The notes: a model not told the origin generated them from the sequence alone. Positions 37,156 through 46,673 are shown, counted from the first letter of the stretch. The stretch: DNA of 64,000 nucleotides from an uncultured Bacteroidia bacterium (GCA_963543925.1 CAUUCP010000003.1:13763-77762), one strand, 5' to 3'. A program made the numbers and translations.

Positions 37156-37174
37156 TTTCCTCACTCAAATGAAA

Positions 37175-37684
37175 TTAGGCTTGTGGTGCATTTGAGGTTA
37201 TCATCTCGTCAATGACGCGATCGAGATAACGCTCCTGCTCTTCATTAGTTGCAAGACGTTCCCTCAAGATACGTTCCGTAGTCTTTACAACCAAGCTTCT
37301 CACTTCATTTCTGAGTTCACGGCGCAGGGATTCCTGTTCGAGACGCATATTCTCACGCGCCGTTTGCGTAATCCTCTCGACCTCCTCACGCGCCTGTTCT
37401 CTGGCCTCATTCAACAGTTGTTCTCTCTGTGCACGCGCTTCAGTTAAAAAGAGCTCACGCTCCTTGCGCGCTTCATTTTCGAGAGTACTCCGTTGCTGTG
37501 TCCATTGTTCGAGCTCGAGGCGATGCTTCTCTGCATTCTCCAAGCCCTCGGCGATGTTTTTTTCACGACTCTCCAGTCCGCCCAAGATAGGTTTCCACGC
37601 AAACTTACGTAATACCACTAGGACGAGCCCAAAGGCCAAGACCATCCAGAAAAATAGCCCAAAATCTGGGGTTATCAAGCTCAT
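37175..37684 (-). CDS. atpF: F0 ATP synthase subunit b
   Basis: The 169 aa ORF has one N-terminal TM helix followed by a long charged coiled coil. It sits between atpE and atpH. Confidence 0.8.
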   Translation of the reverse strand: MSLITPDFGLFFWMVLAFGLVLVVLRKFAWKPILGGLESREKNIAEGLENAEKHRLELEQWTQQRSTLENEARKERELFLTEARAQREQLLNEAREQAREEVERITQTARENMRLEQESLRRELRNEVRSLVVKTTERILRERLATNEEQERYLDRVIDEMITSNAPQA

Positions 37685-37697
37685 CCCAACCGGACTC

Positions 37698-37928
37698 TTA
37701 AGCTAGGAAGAGCACCAAAATAGCAGCGATAATAGCGAAGAAGGCCAAACCTTCGATAAGAGCTGCAGCGACAATCATACTCGAACGTATATCGCCAGCC
37801 GCCTGTGGTTGACGTGCTAGGGCATCGAGGGCTTGAACGCCAATCCGACCGATCCCCATAGCAGCTCCAATAACCACTATACTAGCAGCGAAGGCTGCCC
37901 CCATCATAGCCAATGACTTGAATTCCAT
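37698..37928 (-). CDS. atpE: F0 ATP synthase subunit c
   Basis: This roughly 76 aa two-helix proteolipid has GxGxGxG packing (AAMGIGRIG), an ARQP loop and a conserved carboxylate (IEGLAFF). Confidence 0.9.
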   Translation of the reverse strand: MEFKSLAMMGAAFAASIVVIGAAMGIGRIGVQALDALARQPQAAGDIRSSMIVAAALIEGLAFFAIIAAILVLFLA

Positions 37929-37988
37929 CACACCTATACTTATTTATTTTTCAGTACTAAAACGTCAACTCTTACCCCAAACCTTCTC

Positions 37989-39089
37989 TTAGTGTTTTGC
38001 GTCATGCCCTGCGGTTGCCATACCAAAGTACATGGCGCTGAGCATAGTAAACACATACGCTTGGATAAATGAGACCAACACATCTAAGAGGGTCATAAAT
38101 ACGGCAAAGAACACCGACAAGACACTGACCCCGTAAGCAGCAGCGGCAGTCATCGCACCAAAGAGGAAGATCATACTAAAGAAGACCAAGACAATCATGT
38201 GTCCAGAGAGCATGTTCGCAAACAGTCGAATCATGAGGACAATCGGCTTGGTTAACATCCCAGAGAGTTCCACAATGGGCATCAACGGGATCGGGAATTT
38301 CAAGAATGTTGGGACTCCTGGCGTATTGAAGATATCTGCCCAGTAGTGCTTATTGCCACTAAAGGTAGTTATCAAAAAGGTAAACATTGCCAATACCATC
38401 GTGACAGTGATATTCCCCGTCAAGTTCGCTCCGGCGGGGATAATCGGGATCAACCCCAGAAGATTACAGAACAAGACAAAGAAGAAGATCGTGAGCAAGA
38501 TAGGTACAAAACGCGGCAGGTGCTTTTCACTGATACTGGGTTTGGCGATATTATCTCTTACAAAAAGAATGATAGCTTCCATGAGATTCTGAACTCCATG
38601 AGGCGCTTTTTTCGGATTCTTTTTATAACGCTTCGCCACACTCACAAAGACAACGACCATCAAGACACAAACGAAGAGGACTCCAGCAACATTCTTGGTG
38701 ATACTAAAATCGATTGGAGCTTGCAAAATGTCTCCCCTTGCATCCACTTCTACAATCTCGGTAGGTCCTCCCTTTTCAGGTACGAGCATACGGAAACCGT
38801 TGTAATCCTGATGTCCGTGATGAAAACGACTGGATAGGAAACAAAAAAGTTGCTTACGCTCTTTACTGTAAAGGATAACGGGGAGTGGAACACTGATGTG
38901 AGCTTTCCCGACGGTCATCACATGCCATTCGTGTGAGTCGGAGATATGATCAAAGATCATGCGTACAGGATCATATCCCTTTTCTTCATGGGAAGTCTCT
39001 GCAACAACTTCTTGGGCTGCCACTGGAGCAACCAAGATATTAATCGAAAAGAGGAGGCTCACGACCACCCAAAACAACGAGCGCAACAC
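37989..39089 (-). CDS. atpB: F0 ATP synthase subunit a, with the long N-terminal extension usual in Bacteroidota
   Basis: The 366 aa ORF has a GTG start and multiple TM helices. The conserved Arg region is LMIRLFANMLSGH. Confidence 0.85.
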   Translation of the reverse strand: MLRSLFWVVVSLLFSINILVAPVAAQEVVAETSHEEKGYDPVRMIFDHISDSHEWHVMTVGKAHISVPLPVILYSKERKQLFCFLSSRFHHGHQDYNGFRMLVPEKGGPTEIVEVDARGDILQAPIDFSITKNVAGVLFVCVLMVVVFVSVAKRYKKNPKKAPHGVQNLMEAIILFVRDNIAKPSISEKHLPRFVPILLTIFFFVLFCNLLGLIPIIPAGANLTGNITVTMVLAMFTFLITTFSGNKHYWADIFNTPGVPTFLKFPIPLMPIVELSGMLTKPIVLMIRLFANMLSGHMIVLVFFSMIFLFGAMTAAAAYGVSVLSVFFAVFMTLLDVLVSFIQAYVFTMLSAMYFGMATAGHDAKH

Positions 39090-39180
39090 CTTATTCTAGT
39101 ATTAAAATATACTCCAACCTTCAAAAACAATCGTCACACCTCGATACCCAAAGGCTCTCATTCGGACGAATGACCTTTTG

Positions 39181-39188
39181 CAAAGGTA
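39181..39188 (-). promoter_or_regulatory. Candidate -7 element (TAnnTTTG) for the atp operon
   Basis: The minus strand reads TACCTTTG about 92 nt upstream of the atpB start. Confidence 0.35.
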
Positions 39189-39235
39189 GCATTTTTTCTT
39201 TAGAACAACGCACATCCCCTCAAGAGGCGTCTCGC

Positions 39236-40345
39236 TTAGGTAAAATCTTCGGGTTCGGAGTCGCAGATATCTCGGCATTCCTGTTGAGCTAAAGGCTTCT
39301 TACTCTCACAACAAAGCCCCTGTAGGCGTAACGACTCTGTATGCACAAGTTCACACATTCGGCGCACAAAATGCGTATCCAACCCCACTCTCCCAGCATA
39401 TCGGAGATGGTGTTTCAACAATTCTAACCACCGTTCCTTGTGAAATGCTTGGATACCACGCTCGGCCTTCCACGCTCCAATATTTCGCACTACGGCAGCT
39501 CGTTCACCTAGTAAATCGAGAATCTGGGTATCGATGGCGTCGATCTTCTGTCGAAAGTCTTCTAATACAACATCAGAAGACGCTACTGTGTGTGGGGGCG
39601 GGATTAACGAATCGAGGAGATGAAAAAAAGCGTCAGGTATCAGTTGCTGACGCGCATCGCTAAGCGCAGTGGAGGGAGAAGGATGCACCTCGACCATCAA
39701 TCCGTCAAAGGCAAAATTCATTGCTTGCTGAGCAATTTCTGCAATCCACTCGCGCTTTCCAGCAATGTGACTTGGGTCGCATAAGATACGCAATCGATCG
39801 CCATACCGCGAACGGAGCTGCAATGGTAGCTCCCATTCTGGGGCATTACGATAGGCGATCTTTCGTGTAGGAAAAAAGCCTCTGTGTACAGCAATCACCT
39901 CTTTTGAAGCACGGAGGGACAATCGCTCAATAGCTCCCATCCAGAGATCGATATCTGGGGAGATTGGATTTTTGACAAATATGGGTCCGTCGCCCTCGTC
40001 TAATACATCAGCAATCTCTTGCACAGCAAATGGATCGGAGGTGGTTCGTGCCCCTATCCAAAACGCACGGATTCCATAATGGCGTGCCAAAATGAGGTGT
40101 TCACCACGCGCCACCTCGATACACACAGGCAATCCCATTTTTTGTTGCACCTCTTCGAGCCACGAGAGCGCCACCTCCCCCATACCTTCGAATTGTCCTG
40201 GTCGGGTACGGGGTTTCCAGACCCCAGCTCGGAGATAAGCGACACGACCATCTGTCTGCAATGCGTGCGCTACTTCCAAAATCTGTTCACGAGTCTCGGC
40301 AGAACAGGGACCAGCCAGTATAAGACCTAACGGAGTTGTTTTCAC
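39236..40345 (-). CDS. Bifunctional 3-deoxy-7-phosphoheptulonate (DAHP) synthase / chorismate mutase type II
   Basis: The 369 aa ORF has a GTG start. The type I-beta DAHP synthase region is ILAGPCSAE...RAGVWKPRTRPGQFEGMG...CDPSH. The C-terminal CM_2 region is IDAIDTQILDLLGERAAVVRNIGAWK. Confidence 0.85.
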   Translation of the reverse strand: MKTTPLGLILAGPCSAETREQILEVAHALQTDGRVAYLRAGVWKPRTRPGQFEGMGEVALSWLEEVQQKMGLPVCIEVARGEHLILARHYGIRAFWIGARTTSDPFAVQEIADVLDEGDGPIFVKNPISPDIDLWMGAIERLSLRASKEVIAVHRGFFPTRKIAYRNAPEWELPLQLRSRYGDRLRILCDPSHIAGKREWIAEIAQQAMNFAFDGLMVEVHPSPSTALSDARQQLIPDAFFHLLDSLIPPPHTVASSDVVLEDFRQKIDAIDTQILDLLGERAAVVRNIGAWKAERGIQAFHKERWLELLKHHLRYAGRVGLDTHFVRRMCELVHTESLRLQGLCCESKKPLAQQECRDICDSEPEDFT

Positions 40346-40679
40346 AATAGGGTAATGTTTTATCGAAGAGGAGAGTAAAAGGGATATTCAGAGAGTCGTA
40401 TAGACTACAGTGTTACACTCGTTTCAGAGTATTGATTTCCTATTTCTGATGTGTATCTTTATTTTCTTTCATAGCCCAGTCGTAATGCTTGGCTATTACC
40501 GAGACACGGTAAAGGTGTCTGGATACCAGATTTTTCCCCATAGCGTGGGTTACAAAGATAACCCAAAACATGAAGAGCGCGTAGTTTTTTACTTCAGAAT
40601 AAGAGCGCAGCGCTCTCGCATTGCGCTGCTTTCGGTTTATCATCCTAACGCTCAAGAGAATCTCCTTCTCTTACAATGC

Positions 40680-40717
40680 AAGATGCGGGAAGTGCCCTTG
40701 AGCATTTCCCGCATCTT
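40680..40717 (-). terminator. Hairpin just downstream of tsf (terminator-like, no clear U tract)
   Basis: A 12-bp perfect stem (aagatgcgggaa / ttcccgcatctt) with a 14-nt loop lies 25 nt after the tsf stop. Confidence 0.45.
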
Positions 40718-40741
40718 ATACAGTTCGTTATAGCGCCCAGA

Positions 40742-41572
40742 CTATTCCGACAGTCCGAAACGTTCGAAAGCAGTAACCTTCAAATCTTTATCAGCCTTTG
40801 AGATGTACTGCTCCACGGTCATCTTGCTATCTTTGAAGAACTCTTGCGCCATCAAAGTGTTTTCCTTGATGAACTTTGCGAGGCGTCCTTCTGCAATCTT
40901 GTCCAGGATCTGCTCGGGCTTTCCTTCGTTACGCGCTTGCTCACGACCGATTTCAAACTCCTTCTTACGGATTTCCTCTGGGATACTGTTAGCATCTACG
41001 GCTACGGGACTCATCCCAGCGACCTGCATCGCGATATCGCGCATCAAGTTTTCAGAGACCCCCGTCTTATTAAATCCTACGATGGTCGCCAAACGACTTC
41101 CGGGGTGTATATAGCATACTACGGCGGGCGCATCCAGACGCTTGAAACAACCGAGTTCCATCTTTTCTCCCGTGATCCCAGAGAGATTCTGCACCATATC
41201 ATCGACACTGTGCCCGTCGAGGATCATGGAACGTACCCCGTCGAGATCCTTCACATCGGCTTTGAGTGCAGCTTCTGCGATTTGCTCTGTAAGCTTCACG
41301 AAATCGGCATTTTTTGCGACAAAGTCCGTTTCGCAATTCAATGCGAAGAGTATGGCTTGGTTATTCGCCTCATTAGCCCTCGCGAGCACGATCCCAGCCG
41401 TAGCTTGACGATCCGCCCGTTTATTCGCAATAGCCTTCCCTCGTTCACGAATCAATTCGGAAGCACGATCGAAATCCCCATTAGCCTCTTCGAGTGCTTT
41501 CTTACAATCCATCATGCCCGCCCCAGTCATCTGGCGCAGCTTCTGCACATCGGCAAGCTTTACATCAGCCAT
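40742..41572 (-). CDS. tsf: Translation elongation factor Ts
   Basis: The 276 aa ORF has the UBA-like N-terminus VQKLRQMTGAGMMDCKKALEEANGDFD.A.ELIRERG. Confidence 0.95.
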   Translation of the reverse strand: MADVKLADVQKLRQMTGAGMMDCKKALEEANGDFDRASELIRERGKAIANKRADRQATAGIVLARANEANNQAILFALNCETDFVAKNADFVKLTEQIAEAALKADVKDLDGVRSMILDGHSVDDMVQNLSGITGEKMELGCFKRLDAPAVVCYIHPGSRLATIVGFNKTGVSENLMRDIAMQVAGMSPVAVDANSIPEEIRKKEFEIGREQARNEGKPEQILDKIAEGRLAKFIKENTLMAQEFFKDSKMTVEQYISKADKDLKVTAFERFGLSE

Positions 41573-41612
41573 CTCATATCCTTCTTTTAACGGTCAAACA
41601 ACTCGGTGGATT

Positions 41613-42392
41613 CTATTCTTCTTCGTCGTCTGCAGCTACAGACTTCTTTGCTGTGTTTTCCTCGGTTTCTTCTTCAACCTCTTGCTCGGCGTTATTGCGA
41701 TCCATCTTACGTTCGAGAAGCCCTTCCTTGATAGCCTCGCACATTTCACCGATGATGAGGTCGATGGATGTATTTACGTCGTCATTTGCAGGGATAACGT
41801 AGTCTATTGGAGTGGGATCGCAGCACGTATCCACCATAGCGAATACAGGTATACCGAGACGGTTTGCCTCGCGTACGGCGATATATTCGCGTTGTACGTC
41901 GACGACGAAGAGCGCCGAGGGCAACTTGTTCATATCGGCGATAGAACCTAAGTTCTTTTCCAACTTGGCACGTACACGTGTAAGCTGTAGCTTTTCACGC
42001 TTAGACATATTCTCGTAAGTGCCGTCGTTCATCATCTTATCGATGTTGCTCATTTTCTTGACAGCCTTACGAATCGTGGGGAAATTGGTAAGCATTCCCC
42101 CTGGCCAGCGCTCGGTAACAAATGGCATGCCGACCTCTTTTACTCGAGTTGCGACAACGTCCTTTGCTTGCTTTTTTGTTGCGACGAAAAGGATACGCCG
42201 TCCGCTCCGAGCAATTTGTCTCAGGGCTTGTGCAGCCTCATCGACTTTCACCAAGGTTTTACGGAGATCGATCACGTGATAACCGTTACGCTCCATAAAG
42301 ATGTACGGTGCCATTTTCGGACACCATTTCTGCGTCTGATGCCCAAAGTGCACCTTCGCATCCAACATTTGTTCAAAACTCAAATTTGGCAT
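41613..42392 (-). CDS. rpsB: 30S ribosomal protein S2 (acidic C-terminal tail)
   Basis: Supporting motifs are MLDAKVHFGHQTQKWCPKMAPYIF.ERNG.HVIDL and ILFVATKKQA. Confidence 0.95.
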   Translation of the reverse strand: MPNLSFEQMLDAKVHFGHQTQKWCPKMAPYIFMERNGYHVIDLRKTLVKVDEAAQALRQIARSGRRILFVATKKQAKDVVATRVKEVGMPFVTERWPGGMLTNFPTIRKAVKKMSNIDKMMNDGTYENMSKREKLQLTRVRAKLEKNLGSIADMNKLPSALFVVDVQREYIAVREANRLGIPVFAMVDTCCDPTPIDYVIPANDDVNTSIDLIIGEMCEAIKEGLLERKMDRNNAEQEVEEETEENTAKKSVAADDEEE

Positions 42393-42669
42393 ACCTGTAA
42401 ATATTAAAAGATTCTACGTCAGGCAACGGTCAAGTAGCAATTTGATTTTATGATCTTAACCGTTTGAACACACCGAATAGGCAACCGATGTGCCTGCACT
42501 AACCACTCAAAAGATAATGTGGGGTATTTTCCCCTCAGAAGGACGATAAGAAACTACTTTTCTACTCCCCTTTTCTCATCCGCTCCCCCATGCTATTGAG
42601 AAAAGTCTTCTCTTATCAAAGATAGGGCGTAGCCCTGCTACGCCCCAAAGAGATCGATGCCACTTGATA

Positions 42670-43056
42670 CTAACGCTTACTGAACTGGAAGCGACGACGT
42701 GCGCCTGGACGCCCTGGCTTCTTACGTTCCACTTCACGTGGATCGCGAGTCACAAACCCAGCAGCACGCAACTGCGGCTTCAACTCTGCATTATAAGAGA
42801 TCAGGGCACGCGCGACTCCCAGACGAGCCGCTTCGGCCTGTCCCGAGATACCGCCACCATAAAGATTGATTTTCACATCAAAAGCTTCGCTGAGGGCTAA
42901 CTCAGTAAACGGCTGCGTGACAACGAACCGCAGAAGCGGTGATGGGAAATAATCTTCAAACGTACGATTATTGATCGTTATTTTTCCTTCACCTGGGGTA
43001 AGGTACACGCGAGCTACGGCTGACTTTCTACGCCCTACTGCATTAAAGACCTGCAT
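42670..43056 (-). CDS. rpsI: 30S ribosomal protein S9
   Basis: The 128 aa ORF has GRRKSAVARVYL.PG.G.I.IN and a C-terminus ending ...RRRFQFSKR. Confidence 0.95.
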   Translation of the reverse strand: MQVFNAVGRRKSAVARVYLTPGEGKITINNRTFEDYFPSPLLRFVVTQPFTELALSEAFDVKINLYGGGISGQAEAARLGVARALISYNAELKPQLRAAGFVTRDPREVERKKPGRPGARRRFQFSKR

Positions 43057-43072
43057 CCTTCACACTCCTAAA

Positions 43073-43522
43073 TTATTTCGTGAGCACCAATTCCTTTGGC
43101 TGTTGTGCAGCGTGCGGATGCTCAGCACCTACATATACAAATAGATTGCGGAAAAGCCGACGTCCGAGTCGATTTTTAGGCAACATGCCACGTACGGCGT
43201 GCTCAATGAGCCGTTCTGGGTGCGATCTTAGTACGTCAATCGGATGCGCGACGCGCTTTCCTCCTGGATAACCAGTATGATGGTAATAGTTCTTGTCAGT
43301 GATCTTCTTCCCAGTGAATCGTACCTTTTCCGCGTTGATAATAATCACATTATCACCACAATCGACGTTTGGGGTATAACTTGGCTTATGCTTTCCGCGC
43401 AAGACCAACGCCACACGGCTCGCGAGCCGCCCCACAACCAGATTCGTGGCATCAATCACAAACCACTCCTTCGTAACGGTAGCCTTATTGGCGGAGACCG
43501 TTCTATAACTCAAAGTATCCAC
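43073..43522 (-). CDS. rplM: 50S ribosomal protein L13
   Basis: The 149 aa ORF has a GTG start. The N-terminus [45 protein letters not shown] is typical of Bacteroidota L13. Confidence 0.95.
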   Translation of the reverse strand: MDTLSYRTVSANKATVTKEWFVIDATNLVVGRLASRVALVLRGKHKPSYTPNVDCGDNVIIINAEKVRFTGKKITDKNYYHHTGYPGGKRVAHPIDVLRSHPERLIEHAVRGMLPKNRLGRRLFRNLFVYVGAEHPHAAQQPKELVLTK

Positions 43523-43582
43523 TACTTATGCCCTTTCTTTCACCACGCTTGCGCGTAAACCAACTACAGTATTTTGAACGCA

Positions 43583-43590
43583 CAAAGTTA
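43583..43590 (-). promoter_or_regulatory. Candidate -7 element (TAnnTTTG) for rplM-rpsI
   Basis: The minus strand reads TAACTTTG about 60 nt upstream of the rplM start. Confidence 0.35.
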
Positions 43591-43655
43591 ATACTTTTCC
43601 GTGAAATAACTACGTTCTTCGCTGTTGCCTTTATTTGCTATGCGCCTACTCTGTT

Positions 43656-44849
43656 CTAATTAACGTATCGTTGCACGTCCATAGCCTCGATTTCCCCGTC
43701 GGTCATAATCAGCAATCGTTCGACGATATTGTGTAATTCCCTGACATTTCCCGTCCACGGACGTTCACAGAGGAGATCCATGGCTTCTTTGGAAATTTTT
43801 CGTTTAGAGACACCATTTTCTTTACACAAGGAAGAGACGAACCGCTCGACCAGGAGAGGTATATCCTCCTTACGTTCTCTGAGCGGCGGTACATGAATGA
43901 GGATGACACTGAGACGATGATAGAGATCTTCTCTGAAGAGTCCCGCTTGAATTTCCTCCGACAGATTTTTATTCGTTGCGGCAATCACTCGTGGGTTGAC
44001 CTCAATTTCCTTATCCCCTCCCACTCTGGTGATACGTGATTCTTGGAGGGCACGCAAGACCTTTGCTTGCGCATCGAGGCTCATATCTCCGATTTCATCG
44101 AGAAAGAGAGTCCCATTGCATGCGAGCTCGAACTTTCCCTTTCTCTGTTTAATGGCAGAGGTAAAAGCACCTTTTTCATGCCCAAATAGCTCGCTTTCGA
44201 TAAGTTCACTTGGTATGGCGGCACAGTTCACCTCGACAAAAGGACCGTTGGCTAAGGAACTCAACTGGTGTATCCCACGCGCCACGAGCTCCTTTCCTGT
44301 TCCGTTCTCTCCGGTGATAAGCACACGGGCATGGGTAGCAGCCACACGGCGCATCATCGCTCGTATTTCTTGCATGACCTCGGAATCTCCGACGATTTCG
44401 GAATTCTTTGGTACGTGTTGCTTTAGTCGTTGATTTTCCTCTACCAAGGAGTTCCTTTCCAAGGCATTTCGTAGAGAGACCAAGAGTCGATTCAAATCCA
44501 AGGGTTTTTGGATGTAATCGTAAGCGCCCTTTTTCAGAGCCTCGACAGCGGTGTCTATGGATCCGTGTCCAGAGACCATAATCACAGGGAGTTCTGCAGC
44601 AATTTCTCGTAGCGCGACCAAGAGTTCGAGCCCATCCATTCCCTGCATTTTGACATCACACAGGGCGACGTCACATGGCGCATTTCGGAAAATATCTAGC
44701 GCCTCCCTGGCTCCATGTGCACTCTCGACGGCGTATCCCTCGGTTTCGAGGATGCTACGCATAGTCTGTAGTATTGCATCTTCATCATCTACGACCAAGA
44801 TGCGCGCGAGAGGGGGAGGTGAAGGACGTTTCTTAGTACTCTCCCTCAT
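43656..44849 (-). CDS. Sigma-54-dependent response regulator (REC + AAA+ sigma-54 interaction domain) with no recognisable C-terminal HTH
   Basis: The REC domain has ILVVDDE...D..MQGMDGLELL. The Walker A is GENGTGKE, the GAFTGA variant is EKGAFTSA, and Walker B is LFLDEIGD. The protein ends about 25 aa after NVRELHNIVERLLIM. The ATG at 44849 overlaps the upstream TGA by 1 nt. Confidence 0.85.
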   Translation of the reverse strand: MRESTKKRPSPPPLARILVVDDEDAILQTMRSILETEGYAVESAHGAREALDIFRNAPCDVALCDVKMQGMDGLELLVALREIAAELPVIMVSGHGSIDTAVEALKKGAYDYIQKPLDLNRLLVSLRNALERNSLVEENQRLKQHVPKNSEIVGDSEVMQEIRAMMRRVAATHARVLITGENGTGKELVARGIHQLSSLANGPFVEVNCAAIPSELIESELFGHEKGAFTSAIKQRKGKFELACNGTLFLDEIGDMSLDAQAKVLRALQESRITRVGGDKEIEVNPRVIAATNKNLSEEIQAGLFREDLYHRLSVILIHVPPLRERKEDIPLLVERFVSSLCKENGVSKRKISKEAMDLLCERPWTGNVRELHNIVERLLIMTDGEIEAMDVQRYVN

Positions 44850-45427
44850 CAACTACCTCCCATACGTCGTTGTTCTTGCTCGACGATCTTTCTTTCTCTT
44901 TCCTCGTTTTTCTTCTGCACCTCTTTCTCCAACTTCTTTGCTTTCTTGAGGTACTCCTTTGCACGCTCGAGCTTCTTTTTTCCTCGCTCTTGCATCCTTT
45001 CTCCCTTTCTTCGACTCTTCTCGGCTTCTCGGAGTTCTTTTTTCACGCTCCTCACCTCTTCCCGATATCGACTCTTAAGGTCACGCACCTGCACTTTTGC
45101 CTGTGCTCTTTCGTCCCGATCCTTTGAATTCAATTGTTTGTTGAAAGAGCTCAACTCCCTTTCGTGTTCCTTAAGCATCCGCTTGAGGTTTTTCGTCTGA
45201 TCCTTAGCTTCGGACTCACCTTGCTTTTCCATAGAGCGTCCGTCCATGACGAGTTGTTTGGCATCCTCTATTTTCTTTTCACCTTCTACCACTCTTTCAG
45301 AAGCGCGCGCCAATCGCTCTGCTGGCGTTGGAGTATTTGTTGCCGGCTGGGCATACAAGAGGACGGGGAAGAGAATCCCCATCCCGCATACGATCCCGAA
45401 CCGAAGTATCTTCGCCCAAATTCCCAT
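44849..45427 (-). CDS. Hypothetical secreted, highly charged (Lys/Glu/Arg-rich) coiled-coil protein
   Basis: The 192 aa ORF has the signal peptide MGIWAKILRFGIVCGMGILFPVLLYAQP, then about 150 aa of KE-rich heptad-like sequence. It is translationally coupled to the regulator downstream. Confidence 0.5.
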   Translation of the reverse strand: MGIWAKILRFGIVCGMGILFPVLLYAQPATNTPTPAERLARASERVVEGEKKIEDAKQLVMDGRSMEKQGESEAKDQTKNLKRMLKEHERELSSFNKQLNSKDRDERAQAKVQVRDLKSRYREEVRSVKKELREAEKSRRKGERMQERGKKKLERAKEYLKKAKKLEKEVQKKNEERERKIVEQEQRRMGGS

Positions 45428-45730
45428 ACAATTCCGTTACTTGATAGTCTGTCGACCTCTGACTCACCTAACCATAACGAACCTTCGAACTGAAGCTTAT
45501 CCGTCGTAAAAATACTACGTTTTTTCCAATTCGCTTGTTGCATTTGTGCCCATGCAGGTAAAAAAAAACTATCCATTCCACGCCTAGACACCTCCCCCCT
45601 AGAGTGCACGAGAGAGGTTAAAGAGAGCGATAACAGCGAGGTCTCCTCCGACAACGCAGAAGAGAATGTGGTGTAAGTAAGCGTTTTACTCTAAACGCCC
45701 TCTCAGATATCGCTTCCTCCGACACGAACA

Positions 45731-46600
45731 CTAATTCTTGACACGATGGGCACTTTTCCACCAAAAATAGCCACCGAGTAGCAAAAAGGAGAATAGAATC
45801 CCGCCCATCGGCAGGGCATACTTTTCTGGCTCTACCCAGAATTCCTTGAAAAAATTGATTCGTCCGAGGATCTCGACAGGGGTCCAGAAGATGATGACGG
45901 TAGCGATAGCCATCCGTATATTGGCGCCCCAGCTGGGAATACGGAGTTGTTTTCTGAACATGAAGATGGAACCTATCAAGCATCCCAATCCCACAAGGAA
46001 GGTGACGGGGTGGTGATCACCTAGGAAATTCTTGTCATAACAGAACATCAATAGGAGATAGAGCCCCCAGAGCATCATGTTGACCTCCATGAAGGTAACG
46101 ATACTGGTGTGTCGTGTCATGGCCTGAGGCACGATATCTTTTTTCTTTTCACGGAAGAGCACCTTCTGTATCCACGTAATGAAATCGCAACCATTCTTGG
46201 AACTGAAAGTATAGAGGGTCATGACCAGCATCCACATTCCGAATGTGGCGGGGAGGATGAGATATTCGGGCTTTGTAACGACCTCCCCATTTTCCATTTC
46301 GGGCATGACTCCGTAGCGACGGGCATAGTACATGAATAGGAATTCGACCCACCCTGTCCAGAAGAGTAAACCGCCGAGGAGTCCCCAGAGAGTTTGTCGT
46401 GTGTCCCCCTTGACAAATACCCCTACAATCACGAAAATCAAGCCCATAAGCCCGATTAAAAAGCCCGCGATGTGCATTGGACCTTCGTCCATATACTTTT
46501 CCATCAGCACCATGACGGCATGACCGATGGGCATAGTGAAAAGCACCAATAAAAAAGAGGCTATAGTACGCCAAGGGTAGAGTTCTCTTCTTGGTTCCAT
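45731..46600 (-). CDS. Hypothetical polytopic membrane protein (about 7-8 TM helices)
   Basis: The ORF has hydrophobic helices throughout. The start is taken at the ATG at 46600; the track start is a TTG at 46627. I do not recognise a family. Confidence 0.5.
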   Translation of the reverse strand: MEPRRELYPWRTIASFLLVLFTMPIGHAVMVLMEKYMDEGPMHIAGFLIGLMGLIFVIVGVFVKGDTRQTLWGLLGGLLFWTGWVEFLFMYYARRYGVMPEMENGEVVTKPEYLILPATFGMWMLVMTLYTFSSKNGCDFITWIQKVLFREKKKDIVPQAMTRHTSIVTFMEVNMMLWGLYLLLMFCYDKNFLGDHHPVTFLVGLGCLIGSIFMFRKQLRIPSWGANIRMAIATVIIFWTPVEILGRINFFKEFWVEPEKYALPMGGILFSFLLLGGYFWWKSAHRVKN

Positions 46601-46673
46601 GGATTCTTTTTTCTTCTCTATTTTCAAACCTTATGCCACAAAAGAAGGGACGTGATCAACGCCCCTCGTTGTG

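Noticed and set aside
40440-40655. A 71-aa minus-strand ORF (basic, MSVRMINRKQRNARALRSY...) in the tsf / DAHP synthase spacer.
   Set aside because: It has no recognisable family or promoter motif and overlaps predicted hairpins. I cannot support it as coding without conservation or expression data. The spacer is reported as a finding instead.
40844-41590. A 248-aa plus-strand ORF. Others occur at 40803-41114 and 41142-41408.
   Set aside because: They are antisense to tsf, which is certain. No motifs are present. They are shadow ORFs.
45428-45730. A sigma-54 (-24/-12) promoter upstream of the KE-rich gene / sigma-54 activator pair.
   Set aside because: The closest match (TGGGCAC-N4-GC on the minus strand, about 45540-45560) has the wrong GG-to-GC spacing. 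Other TGGCAC hits in the window (e.g. about 14838, 15741, 41965) lie inside genes and lack a TTGC at the correct distance.
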